A stretch of 64,000 bases of DNA from Amoebophrya sp. A120 (lineage: Eukaryota > Protista > Dinoflagellata), in NCBI GenBank assembly GCA_905178155.1, contig CAJINV010000003.1:7921882-7985881 (forward strand), in the 5' to 3' direction. Under the pieces are notes generated by a model. The model was not told the DNA's origin and ran no database searches. It saw only the letters and a program-made list of their open reading frames with translations. The translations under genes were made by a program, and so were the position numbers. Shown here one piece after another: positions 51,818 to 62,325 of the stretch. Positions within the stretch are counted from its first letter, which is position 1. Each line of letters opens with the position of its first letter.

Positions 51818-53119
51818 TTATCCAATATCGTACGGATCTCCGCTTTATCAGGTGTAACAGATCCTTCTTTCTTGTTGTGTAACCACGACTCTGCTTGGCA
51901 TTGCTGCAGAAATGTGTACGAGTGTGCAAAAATATTAATCAGATACAACTAAATGGTCCTCCAGATGCAAACTGTGACGCGCGGCGTGAGCGAATCGCGC
52001 ATGCAAACTGTGACGCGCAGCGATCCGGGTCTCCAAATGAAAATGAGTTGAGTAAGGAGGATTCGTTACACCCGATATGACAATGCGACCACCCAATTGC
52101 GGACCCGCTGGCGGACCCCCGGGCGGTCCACGGGGTTGCTTATTCTGCATCAGGGGGGGGCCCTATCAAACCCAAAAAAGCTAGCAGGATATACCCGGAA
52201 TGCTAAAATAAAATCCGCCATGGCTGAGCCTGTCTAGCATGCTCTTTTTCAGGATATAAAGATTTTTCTGTAAACATTACAGGTGTGACCAACTAGTTTT
52301 TTCCTGTGGGATAAGCCTTGACTTCCGCCTGCGCCGCCGCCTCCGTGACCACGCCCTTTGTCGCTCTGCTGGGCCGGGCGGAGCAAATCTCGCGAGCCCG
52401 GATACATTTGTGCCTTGTCGAGGCCAGCCTGGTCACAAACTCGCTCAAACACTTTCCTGAGATGGAGTTTCACATTGTTCAATATCAGAATGACGCCACG
52501 ATTGACAAGTATGGTATATCATTGTCCCATCGTACTACATGAGTCCGATCGCTTTGCAGGATTGAAGGACAACAATTGGGTGGTCCGTAGATGCACAACC
52601 ACGGGGTAATTCAACGGCGGGCGGACAAATAACAATAAGTGGGATGCTTGAAAAATACCTCGGCAAGTCCGCAAGCTCCTTCATTTGCTCGGTTAGTGCA
52701 CGATTTCGTGATTCCGCCATGTCCAGGCTATTCTTATACTGGTCTCGTTCCTCTTCGGCCTTCCTTGCCCGCTGCTCTCCGAGCTCCAGGTCTGCTCGCC
52801 TGGTATGCAGTTTTGTGAAATTTCATTGCGCTCCGCCACGTATTTCCAACTTCTACTTCTTGATTCATTCTGTTGCCTCTTTCTCGCATGAAAACCACGG
52901 AAGCTGAATATATTTTCTGCCGTACAAAAACTCGAGTCGCTACACCCGGTAAGGAGCACCTAGTGGTACGCAAAAATTAAGGTGATTATACAATTTTTGG
53001 ATCTGCTGCGCCATGCGCAGAGTTTCTTCGCGATGCGCAGCGTCTACATCCGCAGGGCCTCTCTGCTGCTGATGCCGGTTCGAACTGCTGAACGTGGTGT
53101 TGAGCCGTATCCTATCCAT
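51818..53119 (-). CDS. IQ-motif / coiled-coil protein (one internal junction unresolved)
   Basis: A GT-AG join gives IQKFFRGFHARK (IQ motif). Later exons join as GSQG|PPLMQNKQ and GRIV|GDPYDIG* across two introners. Confidence 0.5.
51846..52077. mobile_element. TIR introner with internal direct repeat
   Basis: Left TATCAGGTGTAAC; right reverse complement TATCGGGTGTAAC. Flanks have diverged. ATGCAAACTGTGACGCGC occurs twice inside. Confidence 0.65.
52164..52313. mobile_element. TIR introner
   Basis: Left TATCAAACCCAAAAAAGCTAG; right reverse complement TATCCCACAGGAAAAAACTAG. TSD GGCCC/AGCCT. Removal restores the frame. Confidence 0.72.
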
Positions 53120-53800
53120 TGATGAAACTGTCGCAGCTAGTCGAAATATCATACATGCACATGGCGTCTAAGTCTAAAAACACATGCGCACTTTTCTAAA
53201 ACACGCACCGACTGAAACGCGATACCTTCATGCAAAAACCATGTAAAAACGCGTAACTTTTATCGTGTCTATCGTGCTGCCAGAAATAAACTATGCGACT
53301 GCGATATTCCTTTTTCCCCTTGATACGGATCATTGGTGCTCACGGTTGCATTGAGACGGGGATCCAGCTGCACCTGTGAGCCGTCATCCAGCTGGTGCAT
53401 CTGTTATTTCAGGTGTTATTGTTCTTGGTTTTCTACGTGCCGCACGGTGGCTCGGAAACAACAGGTGAAGCCAAAGAGAAGTAGGATAGCAATGAAGACA
53501 TTGATTCGCACACGTACTTCTAGATCAAGTTCTGCAGAAGTACTTCTTCGTGCAGTTCTTTCGCGAGAGGACGCAGAGTGACACTAAGTACCCGACTGGT
53601 CGGATTGCGACCTCCCGGGGGTCGCATCCCTGCTACCGGCATGTCGGGGGTCTGCTGCTCGGTGGCATTTCGGTTGGACCCTCCTCTCTGCGCGCCGGGG
53701 ATGTTGCCAGGACGGCACCGTATCCAACGCAAAAAATCGGTGAGTAAAGCAAAATTGTGTAGCGAACCTCGAATATTCGGACAGGAAAGCCATGACACCA

Positions 53801-54896
53801 TCATGGCTCATCCAGAAACAGAATTAGAACTATGTGCCCGCACACACATAATGAACAAATACACAGACATCCGTGGTCACATAGAGAAAGCCGGTATCGT
53901 GCTGTGGGGACCTCTTTAGACGAAACCGACATCAAGCGGGGGCCGCGGTCCCTTCGACAATATTCAACTTTAGACTCCCGATGTTCAACGAGCGTACGAT
54001 CTAATGTGATGTTCCTCGTGTCCGGAAAATCCTGGTGCCACACCTTCCTTATGCGCGAACCTGATTTTTGGTAAGATTGAAATTTTCAGTTTTACGTCAA
54101 CATCATCAAAGATTTGAAGCGTACTTCCAAAGAATTCTTTTCCGTGTAGTTGTTGACACCGTGCCTCGAGCGGTGAGATACCTATGCGACGACTTTGATC
54201 TCCAGTCACAACAAAGTATGATCACATCTAGCAAAACGGGTGGTCTGCATTACTGATAGAAACAAAAAGAAAAACTGTAATACAATGCAGCATGGTGAGG
54301 CCCTCGATGCCCATCTCCGTAAACGCCGATCAAAAGGAAAACTGGGAAAGAAGCCGCTGCAGATAATGAACGCATCAGAAGTTGTACATCTTTTGCGAGC
54401 TTCACATCTCCGAGAAACAGGTTGTTGCTATGCATGATATACCAAGTAGACGCGATTTGCCAGTAAGTAAAGCTCCTCAACGCGCCGCCGACAGCATTTT
54501 TATACATTTCCTTACGAAAGTAAAATTCCATTGGGGGAAACAAGGCCAAACGGCCTGCCCAGGGACATGGACATACTGCAAGTCACAACATGACCTTTGC
54601 GTGCCTCCAGTTATTTTAGTTCACTTCGATAGAAATTCGTGATTGTTCAGCATGCCGGAAAACGTGTGGCCGCCGATCTGGTGCGCTTTGACGCGTTGGG
54701 ACAGCAGAGAGAGGATGTCCCCCGGAATTATGTTCAGCATGGACGAGAGCCATTGCGACACTTGCGCGGGGTTGTGATTCATGACAACTCCTGCGTTGCG
54801 AAAGCTATTTCCGAGAATTGTACTGCCAGGCTGGTCGTTGCTGGCCCTTGTCTGCGGATCGACACGCCGCGTCCGCGATTCCACTCGCTCGTTCAA
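53801..54896 (-). CDS. Multi-exon protein with second SAM-like domain (boundaries approximate)
   Basis: AQVSQWLSSM...QIGGHTF in ORF 54621-54896; a later exon reads SRIRKVW after a CAG acceptor near 54060. Confidence 0.4.
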
Positions 54897-55785
54897 GTTG
54901 ATCAGGTAGACGACCTTCGCCGCAACTCTTATTTCTTCTTTCGTTCACGTGCAAAGCCGAAGGTCGACCAACCTCGCAAGGATTGATCTTATTTGCGACC
55001 AGCGGCGTATTTACTTCTTCCCCGCTCGGCGACTGCTGCGGCCTGGCCCAAGAAGCAGCGAACGAACATTATTGGCAGGCCCGGCGCCATCTTCAAAAAA
55101 CGCAACGTGTGCTTGATCCAAAAAACACGCGCCAACACGTTCACACAGGCACGGCGATAACACTTCCCCTCCTTCACACACGAACTCTGTATTTACAAAC
55201 ACAAGAAATTTGCTACCGGAATCACGACCGCTACGTGCTACAAAATTATGCTGGCCGCGCACCTACCACCTATTCTTGTTTACACAACCTCAAGAGGCTT
55301 CTTGCCATATCCAGTCACATCACGAACCAGGAAATTATGAAGTAGAGAACATCAGAGGGCTACAGCCGCAACACTTGCACTTCCACGGCGATTAGAAAGA
55401 TGCACAACATTCATACGTACGCAAACGCACACACACCAAGCACTGCGACACTACAAGATGACATTGTTTTGAAAACTAGGCTGCGTCACTCCTTTTACAG
55501 TGTGTCTTCCTGGCCTGTGCACTGGGAAAAGCCCATCTATCATCCTGAAACTTCTGGAACACAGAAGCGACAGGTAAATCGTTTTGAACATGTGGAAGTA
55601 CATCTAACATGGCAGGACACCGGGGCGTTTCAGTTGCAGCGGCCAGGCGGAAGGCCAATTGCTGGCGGTGTATGTTGACGAAAGTGGACATAGCAACAGG
55701 AAAAGCGAAACGTGGAAGTAGAGTCTCTGAAGACGAATTTCTTGCATCCGATACGTAGTATAGTATTTATCGCATCTCGCAGCAG

Positions 55786-57661
55786 TCAGCCTGTGGATGC
55801 GGAACCATCCTCCTGGTCCAAAACTTGAATGGTTGCACCCGTCTGAACATAGAAGCACACCTCGCGCGCGTCGTCGTCCTCCGCAAACGGAAGGGCTATC
55901 GGGTCCCCGGGGTTCACTACAGCCAGTCGCATCTCCTTCACGGGAAGCAGCCGCTGAAAGCAATTGTGACAGAAAGTTTTCAGCTCGGCGATGCTGATTG
56001 TGCCGGGGATCTTCTTGCGGAGCGGTGGCAGATGCAGTATCGAACCCCCGGCGGGCTGCAGCGTCAACTCCATCAAATTGGCTCCGAACGCACTGCCACC
56101 CTGAGAGTTTTGACAAATATCGACTGAGTTCATGCGCAGCGTCATCAAGAAATGACGGGCGTACTCGTCTGTCCCGCTCTCAAAGTGGAACAAAATTGCG
56201 TGATTGTACGAAAAAAAAATTTATACAGGTCCGCACAACTTTTTGCATTCGTACCGTGTTTTCCGCTGTTTTCTGATAGACAAAGCCCTCTCCGTGCACG
56301 GCTTCCAACCGCTTGCGATGGAGTTGCGCGGGATCCACGGCCTCTAAGATTTCGGAAATCGACCCGTTCGCCCACAAGGAGAGGAACATGCGTTCGGCGT
56401 TCACGCGCTCTCGGGATGTGATCTCCGACGCGTTCAAGCGATTCAGGGACGGCATGAGGGCGAGCACGATCTGGCGCAGGGCCTGCGCGTGCCCGATGGG
56501 GTTATCGGATACCACCAATTGCCTCAGGCCGGTGTGCGAGATCAACCACGCGATGGTCTTCCAGTCTCGAATCAGGTTGTTGCTGCACGAGACACTGGTG
56601 ACGGTTGGCGGGAGCGCCGCCCCCAACCGCAGCGTCTCGTCTGTGAGCTGGTTTCCGGACACGTTCACGCTGCGCAGACGCGGCAGCCGCTGCAGAACCT
56701 CGAGCGTCTGGTCCCAGCTCTGCAAGCAGTTGTCTTCCAGCTGCACGTGCGCGAGACAGGGCAGCCTCTCGGGAAGATCCTCCGCCAGCCTCTCCCAGCC
56801 GTTCGCGCGGACGTGGAGCTCCTCCAGCTCCGAAAACAGGTGCGTAGGCATGGCGTCCCAACCAACGCCCGTTTCGTTCAGCACGAGCGCGCGCAGGCTC
56901 GGACAGGGGGGTAGGGGTGTCCTACTTTCATCGAAGGCCGCTATACCGGAACCGTCGCTCGTGTCCGGGTTTGACGAGGGGTTTGCCGTAGGACCCGGTG
57001 TTGACGCCTTCGCGATGGTGGGTCGTGCGAGACGGTTCCCGGTAACACTCAAAAACGCCAGCTGCGGGCAGCCCGTCCAAATGTCGGCCAACGTGGACCA
57101 GCTAGTAATCAAATTGTGGTCAAGGGAGAGACGCTGCAGGTTTGGGAAAGCAAAACCTCCCCGAGCTGGGTCTGAAGATGCAGACCCGATCGCAGCACTA
57201 CTAGTACAACTGCGCTGCAAGCAATTGCGGCTGTCCCCAATGAGGCAGCTGGAAAGATTGATTTCGCACAGGGACTGAAAGTTCTGCATGCGCGCAACCA
57301 CTTCTGCGCGTCCGACAAACTCGACGGACCGGGACCGAGCTTTCGCGTGGTCGTGAAACTCCAGGGGAACCTCTTCGTCGGAGTACTTGGATTGCAAGGC
57401 TTCGCCAAAAGACAGTGGCGGCGAAACCTTCTGTACCTTCACGAAACTACCCGTCTTCTCTGGACAAGTGAATCGCCGAATGCCGTTGTGCGTGCCATCA
57501 TGCTTCCCCTTGCCCACTTCGTCGTACTCCACCCCGAACCACCGGTCCTCTCCCTGCCCGGGCAAGACTTCGGGTCCCCAGCGGATGGTCGCCAGGTTTC
57601 CCCCCACATAGAGACGGCTGCCCACCTCGAGCTCCGCGGCGCTTGGCGTGTCATCTACCAT
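55786..57661 (-). CDS. TBCE: Tubulin-specific chaperone E (CAP-Gly, LRR, ubiquitin-like domains)
   Basis: WFGVEYDEVGKGKHDG CAP-Gly motif, LxxLxLxxN repeats, LNASEITSRERVNAER, and a ubiquitin-like C-terminus in ORF 55786-56193 joined as HGEGFV|QNSQGG. Confidence 0.9.
56118..56278. mobile_element. Degenerate TIR introner in TBCE
   Basis: TATC...GATA termini with weak TIR and shifted flank similarity (ACAAA/GACAA). Removal plus 5 nt restores the frame. Confidence 0.55.
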
Positions 57662-58123
57662 AGTGTACTTCTTTCTAGTACGTCTAACGCTGAAAAAGTC
57701 TAGCTGAGTCGATTGTCGGTGTCGAACGAATCAATAGTACCTATCCAGGCAGAAGATAAAACTCCTAAAAGATTCGTGTTTGTCTGATGTGAAACGTCCT
57801 GCTGGCTCTGAGATTCTGTGCAAGGAGAAAAATCAATCCCAGGTGCCAAAGAGCAGGCTTCCGAAAAGACAGACTTTTTCAAAAATGGCCGTCTGCGACA
57901 GCGACAGGGATCAAGCAGTTGCGTTCGAACCAGAAAACGAGAACACTGCCGTTGAAGTTTGGCGAACACTGAATCAGTCTTTGCATCTCTACAACCTCGG
58001 ATAGTGCCGGAACACACATCAAGTCGATGTGTCACGGTACACATGGCGTCCCTTCTTGTGAGCAGCGTGAAAATCAACGTGGGTGATATAATTAAGAGGA
58101 AGTGTATACAGCAAGTAGCCAAA

Positions 58124-60028
58124 TCATGTGAAAACTTCTGCATCTTCTGCCGGAAATTCATTTTCCGCGAGACGCAGCGCACCGTCGCCGCGACCACGCA
58201 TTGCTTGGAGGATTAAGAACGTGCTTCCGCGTGGCGGAATCTGGACCACATAATCCTGTTCGATAGTACGCAATGGCCTAGTGGATCCGCCGATCGGGAC
58301 GCTGACGCTCGGCGGAGCAGAGTCCGCTTGTGTCAAAAATTTCTTGTTCCACACGTCGAAAACCGCAAAACGCGTTCCGGGGACTGCTACAGCACCGAAG
58401 AGTCGCTGCAGCACAGCCGGGCCGAAAGTGAATGGATGCGCACCCCGCTGGTCGGCGTTGATGAGTAAAACTGCCTGGCGCCCCAATATAGTATCTTCTT
58501 CTGAAGCTTTGAGTGAATCTTTTCCGAAAAGCGATTCCAAGACGCTCATATGGTGCGAATGCGATAGGCTTCGATCGTATGTTGGAGAGGTCCTGCCATG
58601 TCCCGCGGACGATGCGTTCTTGTTCGCATCGTTTCTTACGGGTAGCTGCTTTGCCCAGAGCTGCAACGTGTTTGCTGACGAGGGGGCCTGCACCTTGACG
58701 GCAACACACCGCTCGTTTTCCATCGCCGGCCCAACTCGCTGCAACAGTCGACCCGTGCCCGGCGACACGAAAAACTGCCGGGCCGCTTGGCAATCGCCCC
58801 CGATTTCGAAACCGCCCTCCGACGGGCGCAAACAAGCCGACGAGACCGACACAGAACGAAAATACCCGGTCTCCGCATCAAGCACAAAGTCCGACACGCC
58901 GTGATCACCACAGGGAACCAGTATTGCAAGCTTCGGATCCGTTCCTTGCTGTGCCCGGAGACAGAAGTCCTGGTCGGACTCGGGGTCGGGCCGCCACCGC
59001 GGTCGCTGCGCGCCATCCAGCCGCCAGCCGGCTTGCTCCGACGCAAAGGGATCGCACGGGACGCTCCAGAGAAAGAGCGTGTTAGGAAGCGGCTCCCAGG
59101 AATAAATCAGCCTTCCCGCGTCGCCACTGTACAATTGATTCACTGCAATGGCAAGCTCGTTCCGAACGATTCCGCCGACCCGTTGCACTTTCGCACGGTC
59201 CCGGAGATCAAACGAAAGCACCAACGGACTCGATGTAACGCACCACGCCGCGAAGTGCGTCCGGTCAAAGCGGTCCTGTTCCACGGCGGCGGTGCCCGCG
59301 AAATTACCTACCTCCAGCATATCGGGGTAATTCCAGCACCCGGGTTCGCCTTCCGGCGCTCTCGCGACGCTCTGCAGGTTCAAAAACATCGCGCGCCAGT
59401 ACGGACCGATATCGCCACTGGTTCGGGCGAAATGGTACGGACACTGTTGCCCGAATCGCAGATCGTTTCCCCAGTGGCAGTTCTCCACGACGATCTTTCG
59501 TCCGGTCTTGCGAATCTCCGACAACCAGGTGGACAGGTTGGTGTTCTGCCCGCAGCCATCGAGTTTGATGCCATCGAACTCGTACTCAACGAGCGCACGC
59601 ACGTCGCCCTGCAGATTCCGAAGCGCTACGTCCGCGGGTAAGTTGTTCTCGGAGCAGATGCAGTTGTTTGCGTACCAGCCCGCGGTCAGGTTGTTCTGGT
59701 GTGCGAGCCGAGTTAGCGCCTTTAGGTCCGTGAAGCGCGACGCGTTAACGAGGGGTCGCCCGGCTTCGTCGTGAAAAGTCCCGTGCGCGCCGGCGCCGCA
59801 CAGTTGCCAATTATCGTCAAGGCCGACATCCCGGTACCCCGATGCCGCGAATTCCGCGGCAATCGCGGTTATGCTTTTCTCCATCACCGCCTGGTCTACG
59901 TCTCCCGAGTAGGCATTCCAACTGCGCCATCCCATTAGCGGAGTTGTAGCCAGACCGTCCGACAAGCCCCATGCGTCTTGCAGCGCGAGACCGAGCGCAA
60001 CGCGGGGAAGCTTTGTGACTCCGACCAT
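58124..60028 (-). CDS. GH27 alpha-galactosidase / alpha-N-acetylgalactosaminidase with possible ricin-type lectin module, intronless
   Basis: GLATTPLMGWRSWN, LDDNWQ, GIKLDGC (nucleophile), RTSGDI (acid/base) and WNYPDMLEVGN; signal-peptide-like N-terminus. Confidence 0.93.
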   Translation of the reverse strand: MVGVTKLPRVALGLALQDAWGLSDGLATTPLMGWRSWNAYSGDVDQAVMEKSITAIAAEFAASGYRDVGLDDNWQLCGAGAHGTFHDEAGRPLVNASRFTDLKALTRLAHQNNLTAGWYANNCICSENNLPADVALRNLQGDVRALVEYEFDGIKLDGCGQNTNLSTWLSEIRKTGRKIVVENCHWGNDLRFGQQCPYHFARTSGDIGPYWRAMFLNLQSVARAPEGEPGCWNYPDMLEVGNFAGTAAVEQDRFDRTHFAAWCVTSSPLVLSFDLRDRAKVQRVGGIVRNELAIAVNQLYSGDAGRLIYSWEPLPNTLFLWSVPCDPFASEQAGWRLDGAQRPRWRPDPESDQDFCLRAQQGTDPKLAILVPCGDHGVSDFVLDAETGYFRSVSVSSACLRPSEGGFEIGGDCQAARQFFVSPGTGRLLQRVGPAMENERCVAVKVQAPSSANTLQLWAKQLPVRNDANKNASSAGHGRTSPTYDRSLSHSHHMSVLESLFGKDSLKASEEDTILGRQAVLLINADQRGAHPFTFGPAVLQRLFGAVAVPGTRFAVFDVWNKKFLTQADSAPPSVSVPIGGSTRPLRTIEQDYVVQIPPRGSTFLILQAMRGRGDGALRLAENEFPAEDAEVFT

Positions 60029-60661
60029 TTCCTACCCGCTTTACAACAAGGGGGACGGGGGAGAGGCGTTCTGAGACTCGGCCGAACCGGCGGCGACTAC
60101 TGAAACTGCTGCATACCTTGGCAACGGGCACGCACAAGCAATCGGGCGCTACGGTGCTAGTTGCTCCGCGGCTCGAAAGCGCAAAGAACACGGCAGCGAT
60201 TCGTGGCATCCAAAGGACGGCACGGGTCCCAATGGAGGCGATAGGCGCTGCGAAGGCAAGCACTACGAGTGGAGCCGACGCGGGCATGAGAATCGAGGCC
60301 GCGCCAAGGACAGCAGATTGGCGGCGCGACTCCGCCGAAAGGCCTCGCCGCTTCCCTGCAGCGTGCGCAAAGGAGCACGGGAGGAAAAGCTATACGCCCG
60401 ACCGTTGAAACGGTTATAGGGCCCGGGAATAGCGCGATAATGATAGGAGGATGCGCAAAGAGGGAAACAGGGCCCGATCAGGCGCACCGGCCGGCAGGCA
60501 CACACGGAACGTGCGGGAGGATTGCGCCCCGATCAGGAGGGGGGATGGGGCTCCCCCGAAGCCAGCACACAGGCTGGCAGCGCGGTCCGCGCAGCTCCAG
60601 ACCTGAATAGCACGCGTTGACTACCAAGAAGGGGTAGGCGGGTAGGTGGTTGGGTAGGATC

Positions 60662-60703
60662 GGGGGGAGGGGGGGNGGGGGGGGGGGGGGGGGGGGGGGG
60701 GGG
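60662..60703 (+). repeat. Poly-G tract containing an ambiguous base
   Basis: About 40 G with one n at 60676; the length is unreliable. Confidence 0.9.
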
Positions 60704-60799
60704 TATGCTTATGGTGGGTGTCTTTATGGTGAAACGATTTACCTGGACGAATTGGCAGACGTGGGACACTCGGCCCAAGAGCAGGCAAAGGCGATGCAA

Positions 60800-61660
60800 A
60801 TGACTGCGATTCTGTTCATATATATACTCTTTTTAAGTGTTTTTTGTCTTCCTCCCTAAGTAGGATTTTTTTGATTTTTTTTAAAAATGTCGGAAGTTGA
60901 GAAAAGTGGGCAGCTCTGACATTAGAGACAAGCGAAAGCAGTTAAAAGCTTCCGCCTGCTCTATTATATTGCATACGCTACCTATATTACGACGCTCAAG
61001 CTTCTTTTTTTTCCATTTCTCGACTTTTTTAAAATTTCTTGAGCTTGTGAATTATCCCAAAAAATGAAAACTCTAGAATTAAAAAAGCTCCAAATATCTT
61101 GCATTGTTTATATTCCTTCACTTTATGACGTAAATGGCCTTGACTTGTATAAAAAATGGCCTTAATTTTCAGTATTTTTTGACTTGTATAAAAAATTACT
61201 TTTTTTCGGATTTTTTCAGGGTTGGCAATTTTCCTGAAAATTATCCAGATTTGAGCATGTCGATGCGTGGGACTGATAAAAGTTAGCAGACGCGTGCTCT
61301 TTTGTAGCTAGCGGCTAGCCACTTTTGGACTTTTTCGGAACTTTACTCGATAAGTATAATTTAAGACTTTTGACCAGTTGAGATCTGTCCAAAAATTGGA
61401 ACTTATTTCAGAAAATAAGTGGGTAACATGATGCGCTTATTTTGTAAAGCTATGCTGGGCGCGTTTCTTGTGTTATTCTGCGTAAATTTCCTTTTTGTGG
61501 TCAGCTTTTTCTATTTTTCAAAATTTTTGAATTTTTTAAGGTTGCAAAATTTCAACAGGTGCAATCAAGCAAAAGCGTCTCAATGCATAAGATACAAAAA
61601 AAGCAGCCATTAACTAAGATTATAACGCTTGTTGTCCTGAATTGGTTGACTTTCATACCG
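60800..61660. promoter_or_regulatory. AT-rich core of a divergent strand-switch region
   Basis: Abrupt drop in GC with A/T tracts between the last minus-strand gene and the first plus-strand gene. Direct repeat TTGACTTGTATAAAAAAT at 61140 and 61179. Confidence 0.5.
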
Positions 61661-62325
61661 GAGCTGGATCATACAAGGCTGGACCCCCCCCCCCCGCCCC
61701 ACGTCTGGCCACGCACCCTGCTGTTTCCCCTCGCCAGGGGCAGTGGACCCCAATGCCTTTCGTTGATGTATGAAAAACGCGAATGGTCCCAGCCTATCCA
61801 GGGCGTGCGGAACCTGCTTGCACGATACTAAGAAGCGCGCTCGCCGGGCGCCCGCCCTACCGCCATACGTGACGGGGTGCGCTCCGCCCCGTCAGTCTGC
61901 ACTGCTTCGCGCCCCTAGTGGCGTCCGCGTTGGTGTCGGTGTTCGAGAGAATTGTAGCCTTGCACATCGTAGGCCAAGATCACGCGCCCGCACCCGGATA
62001 TGCACTTGTACTCTATTCGTGTGGACCCCGGCTCAAAAGAGCGACCGCGCCACCGTTGCGGTTCCCGCCGCCCGCACGATCCCGGAGCGAGGAAGAGAGG
62101 GACGAGGGTCGGCAGAGTGCGCGCCCGCGCTGTAAATTTTTGCGCTGAGTCGTGAGGACGAAGTTTGTGTTGAGTCGTGCCAAGGGCCACGGCAACTCGT
62201 GTCTTGAGTATTCGCTAAGGTGGCGTCGCTACTGCAACCGAGCAACCGCGTGCGTTGGCAGACAGTACCCGATCGGGCCGAGCACTTCGCCCGGCACGAG
62301 ACCCTCGCACGAGGAGTGGTAAAAA

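Noticed and set aside
52810-52860. Apparent frame change between the IQ-motif exon and the following coiled coil
   Set aside because: Cannot distinguish a tiny intron, an assembly indel or a wrong model; not called a pseudogene.
53721-53963. TAT-N7-AAA terminus at 53721
   Set aside because: No convincing partner TIR or TSD could be found.
61314-61335. TAGCCACTTTTGGACT resembling the dinoflagellate spliced leader (CCGTAGCCATTTTGGCTCAAG)
   Set aside because: Short, needs indels, lacks the 3' CAAG and lies 1 kb from the next start codon; compatible with chance.
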